DNA of 64,000 nt from Chloroflexota bacterium (GCA_021787445.1 JAJYLV010000001.1:6968-70967); one strand, 5' to 3'. Numbered from the stretch's first letter, positions 9,364 through 21,898 are shown. Program-made: numbers and translations. Notes: generated by a model from the letters alone, not told the origin.

Positions 9364-9747
9364 ATGAACGTCACAGCGACGCACACCGAGGACGCGCCGA
9401 AGGCGGTCGGGCCCTACAGCCAGGCGATCGTCGCCGGCGACCTCGTCTTCTGCTCGGGGCAGATCCCGCTCGACCCGCGGACGGGTCAGGTCGTCGAAGG
9501 CGACATCGCCGTCCAGACGCGGCGCGTCCTCGACAGCCTCGCCGCCGTCCTCGCCGAGGCCGGCAGCGACCTCTCGCACGTCGTGAGGACGAGCGTGTTC
9601 CTCACGGACCTGAACGACTTCAACGCCATGAACGAGGCGTACGCGCTGCGGTTCGGACAGCACCGTCCGGCACGCTCGACGATCGAGGTGGGGAAGCTCC
9701 CGCGGGGCGCGAAGATCGAGATCGACTGCATCGCCGTGAAGCGGTGA
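9364..9747 (+). CDS. ridA: RidA/YjgF family reactive enamine/imine deaminase.
   Basis: The motifs PKAVGPYSQA ... FLTDLNDFNAMNEAY match the RidA family. The start is the ATG at 9364, behind a GGGAGGACC ribosome-binding site. The track ORF 9304-9747 extends 20 codons upstream. Confidence 0.8.
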   Translation: MNVTATHTEDAPKAVGPYSQAIVAGDLVFCSGQIPLDPRTGQVVEGDIAVQTRRVLDSLAAVLAEAGSDLSHVVRTSVFLTDLNDFNAMNEAYALRFGQHRPARSTIEVGKLPRGAKIEIDCIAVKR

Positions 9748-9889
9748 GGCCCGGCGGCCCGGAGAGAGAGCGGGGACCGCGTCCGCTGGCGGTGGGCATC
9801 GCGCTCGGCATCTGGATCTCGGTGATGCTGCTCCTCGCCCTCGTCGTCGTGCCGCTCCTCTTCAGCCGCTGCGCGCCCCCGGCCCCGTC

Positions 9890-9893
<4 letters not shown>
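9744..9893 (+). CDS. Hypothetical 49-aa micro-protein with one TM helix, translationally coupled to selB.
   Basis: The GTG at 9744 overlaps the ridA stop as GTGA. The product is VRPGGPERERGPRPLAVGIALGIWISVMLLLALVVVPLLFSRCAPPAPS. Its stop, TGA at 9891-9893, overlaps the selB ATG at 9890 as ATGA. Third codon positions in the TM part are GC-rich. It is too short to appear in the ORF track. Confidence 0.35.
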
Positions 9894-11841
<1,948 letters not shown>

Positions 11842-11845
<4 letters not shown>

Positions 11846-13317
11846 GGTTCCGCGCCGTACGTCCCTCCGAGATCGCGTCCGTCGACGCTCTCATCGTCCC
11901 CGTGTTCGAGGACGGAGCGGCGCCGGAAGGGCTCTCGCGCGGTCTGCGCGCCACCGTCGAGCGCCTCCACAAGGAGGTCGGCGGCCGCAAGCTCTACACG
12001 ACGTCGACCCACGTCGGCGGCGAGCGCGGCGTCCCCGCGCGGCTCGTCGTCGTGAGCGCCGGCGATGCTGGCGAGTGGAACGTCGAGCGCGCGCGGAACG
12101 TGGCGGCGGCGGGGACGAAGGCGCTCTGGCGCTCGAGCGCGCGGTCCGTCGCGGTCGTCGTCGCGGGCGGGGCGCTGTCCATCGAGCGCGTCGCGGCGGC
12201 GACGGTGGAAGGCGTCGTCTACGCGACGTGGCGCCCCGAGGTGCACCGCAGCAGCGCCGCCGACCGGAAGCTTCCGCCGATCGGGACGGTCCTCCTCGTG
12301 ACGAAGGACAAGGCCGATCTCCGCGGCGCGGTCCGCCGCGGCGAGGCCGTCGGGACGGCGGTGAACATGGCTCGCCGCCTGGCCAACGAGCCCGCGAACA
12401 AGATGACGCCGACGATCCTCGCCGACGAGGCGCGCGCGCTCGCGAAGGAGCGCGGCCTGAAGGTCGAGGTCCTCGAGCGCGAGCAGTGCCGCAAGCTCGG
12501 GATGAACAGCTACCTCTCCGTCGCCCAGGGGAGCCACCAGCCGCCGAAGTTCGTCGTGCTGCGCTACGAGGGCAGGGGAGGACGGGGCTACGACATCGCC
12601 TTCGTCGGGAAAGGCATCACCTTCGACTCGGGCGGGATCTCGATCAAGCCCGCGGAGGGCATGTTCCACATGAAGGCGGACATGACGGGGGCGGCATCGG
12701 TCATCGCCGCGATCGGCGCGGTGGCCCAGCTGGGCATCGAGGCGAACGTCCTCGCCGTGGCGCCGTGCACCGAGAATCTCCCCGGTGGCGGCGCGACGAA
12801 GCCGGGAGACGTGTTCACGAGCATGAGCGGGCGGACCGTCGAGGTCATCAACACCGATGCCGAAGGGCGGCTCGTCCTCATCGACGGGGTCACCTACGCG
12901 CAGCGGCAGGGTGCGCGGCGCGTCGTCGACGTCGCGACGCTCACCGGCGCGATCCAGGTCGCGCTTGGGGATCACTTCACCGGCCTCTTCGGGAGGCCGG
13001 ACGCTTTCGTGGCCGAGGTGCGAGACGCCGGCGCTCTCGCGGGAGACCGCATGTGGCCGATGCCGCTCACCGACGACTACCGCGAGGAGATACGGAGCGA
13101 CATCGCCGACATCACGAACAGCGCCGGGCGCGGCGGCGGCGCGATCAAGGGCGCGGCGTTCATCGACGCCGTCGTGGAGGACGGCACCGAGTGGGCCCAC
13201 CTCGACATCGCCGGAACGTACTGGTCGGACAAGGATCGGCCGCAGTCGCCGAAGGGTCCGCAGGGTCCCGCCGTCCGGACGCTCATCGAGCTCGCTGCGC
13301 GTGCCGCGGCCCGCTGA
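11842..13317 (+). CDS. pepA: Leucyl aminopeptidase (M17 family).
   Basis: NTDAEGRL, the M17 signature, is present, along with the MKADMTGAA and GGGATKPGD regions. Confidence 0.85.
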
Positions 13318-16291
13318 CCAGCAGGAGCTCCCGCTCCGCGTAGCCGAACCCGCGCCGGACATCCTTCAGAAGCTCACCGGCGAGCAGCGGGCGGCGGTGG
13401 AGCACGGAGAGGGCCCCCTTCTGGTCATCGCCGGCGCGGGCACCGGCAAGACACACGTCATCACCGCGCGCATCGTCCACCTCATCCGCAGCGGGTCCGC
13501 CCGGCCGCATGAGATCCTCGCGCTCACCTTCACCGAGAAGGCGGCGGCCGCGATGCAGGAGCGCGTCGACCTCAACACGCCCATCGGCCAGAACGACGCC
13601 GCGATCCGCACCTTCCACGCGTTCGGCGACGAGGTCTTCCGCGAGTTCGCCCTCGAGCTCGGCCGCGCGGGGGAGCTGCGCGTCCTCTCGCCCGCGGAGC
13701 AGGTCATCTTCGTCCGCGAGCACCTGTACGAGCTGCCTTTGCACAGGTACAGGCCGGCCGCGGACCCGCTGCGGCACGTGCGAGCGCTCCTCGACCTCTT
13801 CAGCCGCGCGCGCGACGACGACATCTCGCCCGAGGCGTACGTCGCGTTCGCTCGCGGCCGGCGCGAGGTCGTCGGGAGCGCGGACGATCCCGTCGCGGCC
13901 GCGGACGAGGCCGACGCCCAAGAAGAGCTCGCGGCGGCGTACGCCGCCTACACCGAGCTCAAGCGCAAGGCGGGCGTCATCGACTTCGGTGACCAGGTCG
14001 CGCTCGCGCTCGATCTGCTCCGCGAGCGCCCGGCGTCGGCGCGCCGTCTCCAGGGCCGTTACCGCTACGTGCTCGTCGACGAGTTCCAGGACACGAACGA
14101 GGCGCAGTTCGACCTCGTGCGCCGTCTCGTCGAACCGCGCCGCAACCTCACCGTCGTCGGCGACGACGACCAGTCGATCTTCGCGTGGCGCGGGGCGACG
14201 CTCGCGAACTTCGATGCCTTCGTCGCCGCGTACCCCGAGAGGCGCACCGTCAGCCTGCTCGAGAATCGGCGCTCGCCGCAGGGCCTCCTCGACGCCGCGT
14301 ACCGGCTCATCGTCCGCAACGATCCGGAGCGGACGGAAGCGCGGCTCGGCATATCCAAGAAGCTGCGCGGCCGGCCCTCGATGGGCGAGGACGTGGAGCA
14401 CCTCGCCTTCCTGACGGCGGCCGACGAGGCCGAGGGGGTCGCCGGCCGCATCGCCCTGCTGGCGACGCGCGAGGGCCGGCGCTACGGCGAGTTCGCCATC
14501 CTCGTGCGCAACAACGCCGACGCGAACAGGGCGCTGAACGCGCTCGCGGCGCGAGGCATCCCGACGCACTTCTCGGGCGGCGGGCAGCTGTACGACCGGC
14601 CCGAGATCAGGCTCCTCATCTCCTTCCTCTGCGCGGTCGTTCAGCCCACCGAGTCGACGCACGTCTACAGCCTCGCGACGTCCTCGCTGTACGCGTTCCC
14701 GCCGAGCGAGCTGGCGCGCGCCTCCGAGACGCAGCGTCGGACGCACCGTCCCTTGCGGCAGCTCTTCGACGAGATCGGGAGCGGACAAGCTGCGGGGTAC
14801 CCCGAGGAGGCGGTCGCCTCCGCGGCGCGGCTCGCCGAGGACCTGCGCTACTACGAGGCGCGCGCGACCGAGCTGACCACCGCGGAGCTCCTCTTCGAGT
14901 TCCTCGAGCGCACTCAGCTCCTCAAGCGGTACCTCGATCCCGACTCCTCGCTCGCGGAGGAGCAAGGTCGCAACGTCGCGAAGTTCTTCCGTCTCGTGAC
15001 GAGCGCCGGGCGGGCGCTGCCCGTCGATCGCGCGTCGTTCTTCGTCCCGTACCTGGAGCTCCTGCGCGAGGCGGGGGACGACCCCGCGGCCGCGGACTTC
15101 GAGGCCAGCCTCGAGGCCGTGAACGTCCTGACGATCCACAAGGCGAAGGGGCTCGAGTTCGGCGTCGTCTTCCTCCTCGTGTCGACGGACGAACGCCTAC
15201 CCGGGTCGCTGCGCCGCCCCGACCTGCCGCTGCCCGAGGGTCTCGCGCGCAGCGCGCCTGTCGACCGCGACCGGCACGTCGCCGAGGAGCGGAGGCTGAC
15301 CTACGTCGCGATGACGCGCGCCAAAGACCGCTTCTTCTTCACCAGCGCGAGCGACTACGGCGGGCTGCGCGCCCACCGTCCCAGCCGTTTCATCGCTGAG
15401 GCGCTCGGGCACAAGGTCGAGCCCGTGCGCGGCCGGCTCGCCGCCGAGGTCGAGCTGGAGCGGTCGCGGCCCGCGCCGGCCGAGGCCGACGTGCGACTGC
15501 CCATGCTGGGGCCGGACGACGTCCTGACGGTCTCGTACAGCCAGATCGACGAGTACCTGCGCTGCCCGCTGCGCTACCGCTTCGCGCACGTCCTCCAGAT
15601 CCCGGTGCTGCCGAGCCCGCAGCTCATCTACGGCGACGCGCTCCACCGCGCGGTCGGCGACTACCTCGAGCGCAAGCGCGAGGGGCTGCGGCCCACGCTC
15701 GACGACCTCGAGCGGACCTTCCGCGCGACGTGGCTGAGCGAGGGGTTCATTTCGCCCGAGCACGAGGCTGACCGGTTCGAGGCCGGCCTCGCCGCGCTGC
15801 GCCGCTTCTACGAGAGCGAGAAGGATGCTCCGCCTCCCGATATGGTCGAGCAGCGCTTCTCCTTCCTCCTCGGCCGCGACCGCGTCGTCGGGCGATGGGA
15901 CCGTGTGGATCGCACGAAGGACGGCGCCGCGGTCATCGACTACAAGTCCACGGCCCTCGTCGAGGAGGGAGAGGAGGCCGCGCAGCGGCGGGCGTCGAGC
16001 GACCTGCAGCTGCTCGTCTACGCGCTCGCGTACGAGAAGATGTACGGCGAGCGGCCGGCGAAGGTCGCGCTGCACTTCCTCGAGACCGGCGAGCGCGGCG
16101 AGGTCAGGCCGCAGGCCGACGCGGTCAAGGCCGTGGCCGCCCAGATCACATCCACGGCGCAGCGCATCCGCGAGCGGCGGTTCCCGGCGCAGCCGCGGAA
16201 GCCCGAAGCGCGGACGTGCCGCGCGTGCCCGTTCGAGCGGATCTGTCCGGAGTCGTGGGCGGCGCGCGGGGTGGCCGGCAGCGGCGCCTGA
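13301..16291 (+). CDS. UvrD/Rep-family ATP-dependent DNA helicase fused to a C-terminal PD-(D/E)XK RecB/Cas4-like nuclease domain with a 4-Cys cluster.
   Basis: The N-terminal motifs [29 protein letters not shown] (Walker A) and [11 protein letters not shown] are present. The C-terminal motifs are [10 protein letters not shown] ... VIDYKST ... QLLVYALA ... [14 protein letters not shown]. The start is set at the GTG at 13301, overlapping the pepA end by 17 nt. The track ORF 12857-16291 extends deep into pepA. Confidence 0.7.
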   Translation: MPRPADQQELPLRVAEPAPDILQKLTGEQRAAVEHGEGPLLVIAGAGTGKTHVITARIVHLIRSGSARPHEILALTFTEKAAAAMQERVDLNTPIGQNDAAIRTFHAFGDEVFREFALELGRAGELRVLSPAEQVIFVREHLYELPLHRYRPAADPLRHVRALLDLFSRARDDDISPEAYVAFARGRREVVGSADDPVAAADEADAQEELAAAYAAYTELKRKAGVIDFGDQVALALDLLRERPASARRLQGRYRYVLVDEFQDTNEAQFDLVRRLVEPRRNLTVVGDDDQSIFAWRGATLANFDAFVAAYPERRTVSLLENRRSPQGLLDAAYRLIVRNDPERTEARLGISKKLRGRPSMGEDVEHLAFLTAADEAEGVAGRIALLATREGRRYGEFAILVRNNADANRALNALAARGIPTHFSGGGQLYDRPEIRLLISFLCAVVQPTESTHVYSLATSSLYAFPPSELARASETQRRTHRPLRQLFDEIGSGQAAGYPEEAVASAARLAEDLRYYEARATELTTAELLFEFLERTQLLKRYLDPDSSLAEEQGRNVAKFFRLVTSAGRALPVDRASFFVPYLELLREAGDDPAAADFEASLEAVNVLTIHKAKGLEFGVVFLLVSTDERLPGSLRRPDLPLPEGLARSAPVDRDRHVAEERRLTYVAMTRAKDRFFFTSASDYGGLRAHRPSRFIAEALGHKVEPVRGRLAAEVELERSRPAPAEADVRLPMLGPDDVLTVSYSQIDEYLRCPLRYRFAHVLQIPVLPSPQLIYGDALHRAVGDYLERKREGLRPTLDDLERTFRATWLSEGFISPEHEADRFEAGLAALRRFYESEKDAPPPDMVEQRFSFLLGRDRVVGRWDRVDRTKDGAAVIDYKSTALVEEGEEAAQRRASSDLQLLVYALAYEKMYGERPAKVALHFLETGERGEVRPQADAVKAVAAQITSTAQRIRERRFPAQPRKPEARTCRACPFERICPESWAARGVAGSGA

Positions 16292-16322
16292 CGCGCCTGC
16301 CTTTGCGCACGGACGACGCGCG

Positions 16323-17591
16323 TCAGGCGAGGCGCGACGGCGAGCGGTAGGAGCGGACGGGCGAGGCGACGAGGTACGTCACCGCGACAAGGGCGATCAG
16401 CCCCGCGACGAGGATCGTCGGCCGCATGCCGACCGCGGTCGCGGCGATCCCGGCGAGGAGGGCCGCCGGCGGCGAGACGCTCCACTGCATGACGTTGCTC
16501 GCGGCGGTCACTCGGCCGAGAAGGCGGTCCGGAGTAACGGCCTGCAGGAGGGAGCGGAAGGAGATCGACCAGAACGGCACCGTAAGCCCGACGAGGGCCT
16601 GAGTGAACGCGAGGACCGCCGCGGCGCGCAGCTCGCCTCCGCCGGCGAAGGGGAGGACGAGCCGGCTCGCCGCTTCGAGCGCCAGCCCGAGGATCATCGT
16701 GGGGCCCAGGCCGTAGCGGGAGATGACCGGTCCGGCGATCACCGAGCCGAGGATGCTGAAGGGGCCGACCGCGGCGAGCGCGAGCCCCAGCACGGCGGGG
16801 GAGAGCGCGAGGTCGTTGGTGGCGTAGACGACGAGGATCGCCTGCACCGCGAACCACTCGATGTTGGCCAGCGCGATCGCGACGATCGCGCGCATGACGA
16901 TGGGCTCGGCTCGGACGGAGGCGAGCCCATCCGCGATCTCGTGCCAGAAGCGCCGTCGTTCGGCACGCGGCGTCGAGCGCTCGTCGATGCGGATCGTTGC
17001 GAAGAGCATCGCTGACGCGACGAAGCTGACGGCATCGACGGCCATCGCGACCGGCGCGGTCAGCGCCTGGACGAGGGCGCCGCCCAGCGAAGGACCCGCG
17101 ACCTGGGCGACGGAATCCGACGACTGGAGGCGCGCGTTCGCGCGGACCAGCTCCTCGCGCCCGACGAGCCCCGGGACGATCGCGCCTTGCGCCAGCTGTG
17201 CCGCCACGGCGAATCCGCCGGCGAGGAGAGCGACGAGGTAGAGCTGCGCGAGCGTCAGGAGGTGCAGGACGGCGGCGACCGGCACCGACCCGATGACGAG
17301 GGCGCTCGCGAGCGCGGACGCGACGAGCACCGGCCGCCGCGGGTGGCGGTCGACGTACACCCCGATGAGCGGACCGACGAGGACGATGGGAAGCGTGCGC
17401 GCGGCGACGAGGATCCCCGTCTGCGTCGCGCCGCCGCCGAGGACGAGGATCGCCGTGAGCGGGAGCGCGAGCACGGTGACCTGGCTCCCGACGACCGAGA
17501 TCGTGTAGCCGGACCAGAGCCTGGGGAACCGGCGCGAGGGCGCCCTGAAGCTCACCGATGCGCGAAAGGGGAGCGGTCGCATCCGGCGCAC
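16323..17591 (-). CDS. MFS transporter.
   Basis: The protein has 12-TM topology and an MFS-like motif VDRHPRRPVLVASAL. The start could be MRRMRP or the internal MRPLPF. Confidence 0.7.
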   Translation of the reverse strand: MRRMRPLPFRASVSFRAPSRRFPRLWSGYTISVVGSQVTVLALPLTAILVLGGGATQTGILVAARTLPIVLVGPLIGVYVDRHPRRPVLVASALASALVIGSVPVAAVLHLLTLAQLYLVALLAGGFAVAAQLAQGAIVPGLVGREELVRANARLQSSDSVAQVAGPSLGGALVQALTAPVAMAVDAVSFVASAMLFATIRIDERSTPRAERRRFWHEIADGLASVRAEPIVMRAIVAIALANIEWFAVQAILVVYATNDLALSPAVLGLALAAVGPFSILGSVIAGPVISRYGLGPTMILGLALEAASRLVLPFAGGGELRAAAVLAFTQALVGLTVPFWSISFRSLLQAVTPDRLLGRVTAASNVMQWSVSPPAALLAGIAATAVGMRPTILVAGLIALVAVTYLVASPVRSYRSPSRLA

Positions 17592-17656
17592 GATAGCGAC
17601 GGCGTCCGCGGAGCCGCACCCCCGGCCGCTATCTATTCTGGGATCGTCGGCCGCTA

Positions 17657-17672
17657 TAGAACAAGTGTTCTA
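17657..17672. promoter_or_regulatory. Putative LexA/SOS box (Cheo-box type, GAAC-N4-GTTC) in the divergent intergenic region.
   Basis: The sequence cTATAGAACAAGTGTTCTAGa has perfect 7-bp palindromic arms, TAGAACA..TGTTCTA. It lies about 60 bp upstream of the rmuC start and about 65 bp from the MFS start. Confidence 0.5.
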
Positions 17673-17732
17673 GACCGCGCATGGGAGAATGGCGATGCGC
17701 GGGGCGGCGCGACGAACGGCCGGAGGTCGGGC

Positions 17733-18845
17733 GTGATCGAGCTCGTCGTCGCCGCGGCGCTTCTCTTCGCCGGGCTCGCGTTCGTCGCGGCCGCGATCGT
17801 CGTGCGTAGCGGGCGGACGCACGACAGCGCGGCCGCGGACGCGCGGACCTCCCTCGAGCTCCTCCAGGCGCAGGTCGCCGAGCTCGCGCGCGCGACGACC
17901 GCGAGCGTCGGCGACATGCGCGGCGAGCTCCAGCGCTCTCTCTCGACGACGGAGGAGCGGATGGGCGCGCAGACCGGGAACACGCAGCGCGCCCTCGGCG
18001 ACCTCGCGAAGCAGCTCGCCCAGCTGTCGGAGCGCAGCGAGCGGATCGGCGAGCTCGCGCGCGAGGTCGGCTCGCTGCACGACCTCCTCCGCGTCCCCCA
18101 GCCGCGCGGCGGCTTCGGCGAGCTCATGCTCGAGCGCCTCCTCGCCGACAATCTGCCGGCGGAGGCCTTCGAGCTCCAGCACTCGTTCCGCGACGGCAGC
18201 CGTGTCGACGCGGTCGTGCGCGCGGGCGGGCTGCTCGTGCCCATCGACGCGAAATTCCCCCTCGAGAGCTTCCAGGCGCTCCTCGCGGCGCAGACGGACG
18301 ACGAGCGGCGCGCACGCCGCCGCGCGTTCCTGCAGCAGGCGAAGCGGCACGTCGACGCCGTGAGCCGCTACGTGCGCCCCGACGAAGGGACCATCGACAT
18401 CGCCTTCGTGTACATGCCCGCGGAGCAGCTCTTCTACTCGGCGTTCGTCATCGAGGAGGAGGGCGAGGACATGCGCGCCTACTGTGCGCAGCGCCACGTC
18501 GTCCCCGTCTCCCCGAACACGCTGGTCTCGTACCTGCACCTCGTCGCGCTCGGGCTGCGCGGTCTCGCGATCGAGCAGCGCTCGCGCGAGATGCACGAGC
18601 AGATACGCCGCGCCGCGCTCGAGCTCGAGCGGTTCCGCGAGATGTACGACCAGCTGGGACGGCACGTCGAGAACGCGTCGAAGAAGTTCGCCGAGTCGCT
18701 TCGCGCGCTCGACAAGGCGAGCTCCGCCGTCGAGACGCTGGGCCAGACGCAGCTCGCGGCGCCCGCCCAGGCCACGCTGTCCCTCGACCTCGCCGCGGAC
18801 GGAGCCGCCGCGGAGACGCGCTCGCGCGCCGCGAGGGAGAGCTAG
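17733..18845 (+). CDS. rmuC: DNA recombination protein RmuC.
   Basis: An N-terminal TM helix is followed by coiled-coil segments and the conserved RmuC C-terminal region AVVRAGGLLVPIDAKFPLE ... DIAFVYMPAEQLFYSAF ... VVPVSPNTLVSYL. The start is the GTG at 17733, behind a GGAGG ribosome-binding site. The track ORF 17187-18845 has an out-of-family N-terminal extension. Confidence 0.75.
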   Translation: MIELVVAAALLFAGLAFVAAAIVVRSGRTHDSAAADARTSLELLQAQVAELARATTASVGDMRGELQRSLSTTEERMGAQTGNTQRALGDLAKQLAQLSERSERIGELAREVGSLHDLLRVPQPRGGFGELMLERLLADNLPAEAFELQHSFRDGSRVDAVVRAGGLLVPIDAKFPLESFQALLAAQTDDERRARRRAFLQQAKRHVDAVSRYVRPDEGTIDIAFVYMPAEQLFYSAFVIEEEGEDMRAYCAQRHVVPVSPNTLVSYLHLVALGLRGLAIEQRSREMHEQIRRAALELERFREMYDQLGRHVENASKKFAESLRALDKASSAVETLGQTQLAAPAQATLSLDLAADGAAAETRSRAARES

Positions 18846-18847
18846 GC

Positions 18848-19204
18848 CTGGGCCGGATCCTCGCGGCGATCCTCGTCCTCAGCGTCGGCGCCCTCGCGGC
18901 GGCGCTCCTGACGCAGGAGCCGACGCCGGCGGCGATCGCGGCCGTCGTCGGGAGCGTCTCGGTCGCCGCCGCGGCGCTCGCGAGCCTTCTCTTCCTGGGC
19001 TCCGCGGGCGCGGGCCGCGCCGCGCGCGCGCGCTCCGCACGGACGCGGGCGCTGCGCCGCGGCGTCGAGATCGGCGGGATCGTCGCGATCGTGTGCGTGC
19101 TCCAGCTCATCCGCGGCCTCACGCCGCTCACGGCGCTCTTCGTCGTCCTGTCGTTCGCCGTCGCCGAGTACGTGGTGTCCGCCGGAGCGTCGCCGTCGTC
19201 CTGA
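18848..19204 (+). CDS. Hypothetical small 4-TM membrane protein with a possible CTG start.
   Basis: The frame carries strongly GC-rich third codon positions and encodes LGRILAAILVLSVGALAAALL...AIVCVLQLIRGLTPLTALFVVLSFAVAEYVV. A GAGGGAGAG Shine-Dalgarno sequence sits 6 nt upstream of the CTG at 18848. No upstream ATG, GTG or TTG exists, which is why it is absent from the ORF track. Confidence 0.3.
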   Translation: MGRILAAILVLSVGALAAALLTQEPTPAAIAAVVGSVSVAAAALASLLFLGSAGAGRAARARSARTRALRRGVEIGGIVAIVCVLQLIRGLTPLTALFVVLSFAVAEYVVSAGASPSS

Positions 19205-19232
19205 CCGCGCGGCGATCACACTGAGCGGCCCG

Positions 19233-20813
19233 ATGGACAGCCTTCTGCTGCGCGGCGGCACGGTCGTCGACGGCACGGGCGCGGCGCCGCGGCGCGCCGA
19301 CGTCCTGGTGCGCGAGGGTCGGATAGCCGCGCTCGGGAGCGACGGATCTCCGGCGGCGGCCGACCGCGTCCTCGACGTGAGCGGGATGGTCGTCGCGCCG
19401 GGCGCGATCGACATCCACTCGCACTCGGACGAGCGGATGTTCGTGAGCAGCGCCATGGAGAGCGCGCTCCACCAGGGCGTGACGACGGTCGTCTGCGGGA
19501 ACTGCGGCGGCGCGTCCGCTCCCGTCCTCGGCCTCGCGGCGTCGGAGCTCGACCGCGACCTCGCGCGGTACGGCGTCGAGCGGACGTGGACGTCCTTCGG
19601 CGAGTACGCCGCCGCGGTGGAGCGGAACGGAACGAGCATCAACGTGTGCTCGTTCGTCGGCCACGGGACCCTCCGCATGTGCGTGATGGGCGCCGAGGCG
19701 CGGGAGGCGACGGCGGGCGAGCTCGCCGCGATGAGGGCGCTGCTCGCGTCGTCGCTCGCGGAGGGCGCCATCGGCATGTCGACCGGCCTCATCTACCCGC
19801 CGAGCGCGTACGGCTCGACCGATGAGATCGCCGCGCTCGCGAGCGCCGTCCGCGAGCGGGGCGGGCTGTACGCGAGCCACATCCGCAACGAGGGCGACGA
19901 GCTGCTCGAGGCGGTCGCCGAGGGGATCGAGATCGGACGGCGGTCGGGCGTCCGCGTGCAGCTCTCGCACCACAAGGCGTCCGTGAAGCGGAACTGGGGG
20001 AAGGTCCACGGGTCGACCGCTCTCATCGAGAGAGCGCAGGCGGACGGGATCGACGTCACCGCGGATCAGTACCCGTACACGGCGTCGTCGACCGGCCTGT
20101 CCGTGACGATCCCGAACTGGGCCCACGCCGGCGGACCGCTCGCGATGTGCGAGCGGCTGCGTGACGCGGCGGTGCGCGTTCGGATCCGCGACGAGTACGT
20201 GGAGACGGGCCGCAACTGGGACGCGATCGTCATCGCGCGCGCGGCGAAGCACCCGGAGTGGAGCGGCAAGAGCGTCGCGGCTCTCGCCGGCGAGGCGCAC
20301 CGCGACGCGCTCGAATGGACGTGCGACGCGCTCATCGAGCACGACGGCGCGATCGACATCGTCCACCACAGCATGAGCGAGGACGACGTCCGCTTCGTCA
20401 TGGCGAAGCCGTACGTCGCGATCGGGAGCGACTCGAGCGCCAACGCGCCGCACGGCCCGCTCTCGTTCGGGAAGCCCCACCCGCGCTCGTACGGCACGTT
20501 CCCGCGCGTCCTCGGGCGCTACGCGCGCGACGAGCAGGTGGTCACGCTCGAGGAGGCGGTCCGCAAGATGACGAGCCTGCCGGCCTCACGGCTGCGGCTC
20601 CACGACCGCGGCGTCGTTCGCGAGGGCGCCGCGGCCGATCTCATGGTCTTCGATCCCGCCCGCGTCGCCGACCGCGCGACGTACCAGGATCCGCACCGCT
20701 ACCCCGACGGCATCGCGCTCGTCCTGGTCAACGGCGAGATCGCGCTCGAGGCGGGGGAGGCGACGCCCGTGCGCGCGGGGCGCTTCCTGCGCCGCGGGAC
20801 GGACGCGGGATGA
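19233..20813 (+). CDS. N-acyl-D-amino-acid deacylase (D-aminoacylase) of the amidohydrolase superfamily.
   Basis: The motifs are GAIDIHSHSD, the metal-binding HxH region, and SHIRNEG, HHKAS and TADQYPY. The length of 526 aa fits the D-aminoacylase family. Confidence 0.7.
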   Translation: MDSLLLRGGTVVDGTGAAPRRADVLVREGRIAALGSDGSPAAADRVLDVSGMVVAPGAIDIHSHSDERMFVSSAMESALHQGVTTVVCGNCGGASAPVLGLAASELDRDLARYGVERTWTSFGEYAAAVERNGTSINVCSFVGHGTLRMCVMGAEAREATAGELAAMRALLASSLAEGAIGMSTGLIYPPSAYGSTDEIAALASAVRERGGLYASHIRNEGDELLEAVAEGIEIGRRSGVRVQLSHHKASVKRNWGKVHGSTALIERAQADGIDVTADQYPYTASSTGLSVTIPNWAHAGGPLAMCERLRDAAVRVRIRDEYVETGRNWDAIVIARAAKHPEWSGKSVAALAGEAHRDALEWTCDALIEHDGAIDIVHHSMSEDDVRFVMAKPYVAIGSDSSANAPHGPLSFGKPHPRSYGTFPRVLGRYARDEQVVTLEEAVRKMTSLPASRLRLHDRGVVREGAAADLMVFDPARVADRATYQDPHRYPDGIALVLVNGEIALEAGEATPVRAGRFLRRGTDAG

Positions 20814-21898
20814 GGGAGCGCGGGCCGCGTGTCGCGCTCCTCGCGATCGGTCTCTTCACCCCCGCCACCGCGAAGACGGCGATCGGCGTCCTGCGCTACG
20901 CGCGCTACCCCGTGGTGGCCGTCATCGATCCCGACCGCGCGGGGACGGACGCGTCGATGCACGTCGGCGCCGGCGCGGGCATCCCGGTCGTCGCGACGGT
21001 CGCGGACGCGATCGGCCGCGGCGCCGACGCCATCCTCGTCGGCACCGCGGCGGCCGGCGGGCGCATCCCCGACGCCTACCGCCCCGCGCTCGCGACGGCG
21101 CTCGAGCACGGGCTCGAGGTGTGGAGCGGTCTCCACGAGCGCGTGCTCGCGGACCCCGGGCTCCGTGCGGCGGCCGAGCGCGGAGGCGGGCGCGTGCGCG
21201 AGCTGCGCGAGCCGCCGGCGGACCTGCCGATCGGCGGGCATCGTCGACCGCGCTCGGGGACGGCCACCGTCCTCACCGTGGGATCGGACGCGGCGGTGGG
21301 GAAGATGACCGTGTCGCTCGAGATCGTGGCCGCGCTCGACCGCGGCGGCGAGCGCGCGGCCTTCGTCCCCACGGGACAGACCGGCATCGCGATCGCCGGA
21401 GAGGGCATATCCGTCGACGCCGTCGTCGCGGACTTCGTCGCGGGAGCGGCGGAGCGGATGGTGTGCGACGCGTCCGAGCGCGCCGACTGGGTCGTCGTCG
21501 AGGGTCAGGGATCGCTGACGCACCCCGGGTTCTCGGGCGTCACCCTCGGGCTGCTCCACGGGAGCGCACCCGACCTCATGGTGCTCTGCCACGACGCGTC
21601 GCGGCGGACGGTGAAGGGCTACGGGGAGCTCCCGCTGCGCCCCCTCGTCGAGCTCGTGCGTCTCTACGAAGAAGCGGCGCGCTGGTCGCGCCACCCCGAT
21701 GCCCCGCGCGCCCGCGTCGTCGCCGTCGCGCTCAACACGTCGGCCCTCGACGGGCGCGACGCCGCGCGCGCCATCTTCGACGCGTCGGCGACGACGGGCC
21801 TCCCCGCGGGCGATCCGATCCGGGAAGGCGTGGCGGGCGCTGACCGCATCGCGCACTCGCTGCGCGAGGCGCGCGCCGAGAGGATGGCGGCGCGGTGA
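20810..21898 (+). CDS. DUF1611 family protein with an N-terminal Rossmann-like domain and a P-loop-like domain.
   Basis: VLTVGSDAAVGKMTVSLEI is the P-loop. The ATG at 20810 overlaps the D-aminoacylase stop as ATGA. DUF1611 is typically syntenic with dipeptide epimerases. Confidence 0.6.
   Translation: MRERGPRVALLAIGLFTPATAKTAIGVLRYARYPVVAVIDPDRAGTDASMHVGAGAGIPVVATVADAIGRGADAILVGTAAAGGRIPDAYRPALATALEHGLEVWSGLHERVLADPGLRAAAERGGGRVRELREPPADLPIGGHRRPRSGTATVLTVGSDAAVGKMTVSLEIVAALDRGGERAAFVPTGQTGIAIAGEGISVDAVVADFVAGAAERMVCDASERADWVVVEGQGSLTHPGFSGVTLGLLHGSAPDLMVLCHDASRRTVKGYGELPLRPLVELVRLYEEAARWSRHPDAPRARVVAVALNTSALDGRDAARAIFDASATTGLPAGDPIREGVAGADRIAHSLREARAERMAAR

Noticed and set aside
9748-9889. 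Looked for tRNA-Sec (selC) between ridA and selB.
   Set aside because: There is no 8-bp acceptor stem with a long variable arm and a UCA anticodon loop, and no TPsiC-like GGTTCGA motif. The segment instead reads as a GC3-biased micro-ORF.
12857-13300. Upstream 148-codon extension of the helicase-nuclease ORF.
   Set aside because: It overlaps pepA almost entirely in another frame, and homology to UvrD begins only near 13320. A GTG at 13301 gives a sensible start.
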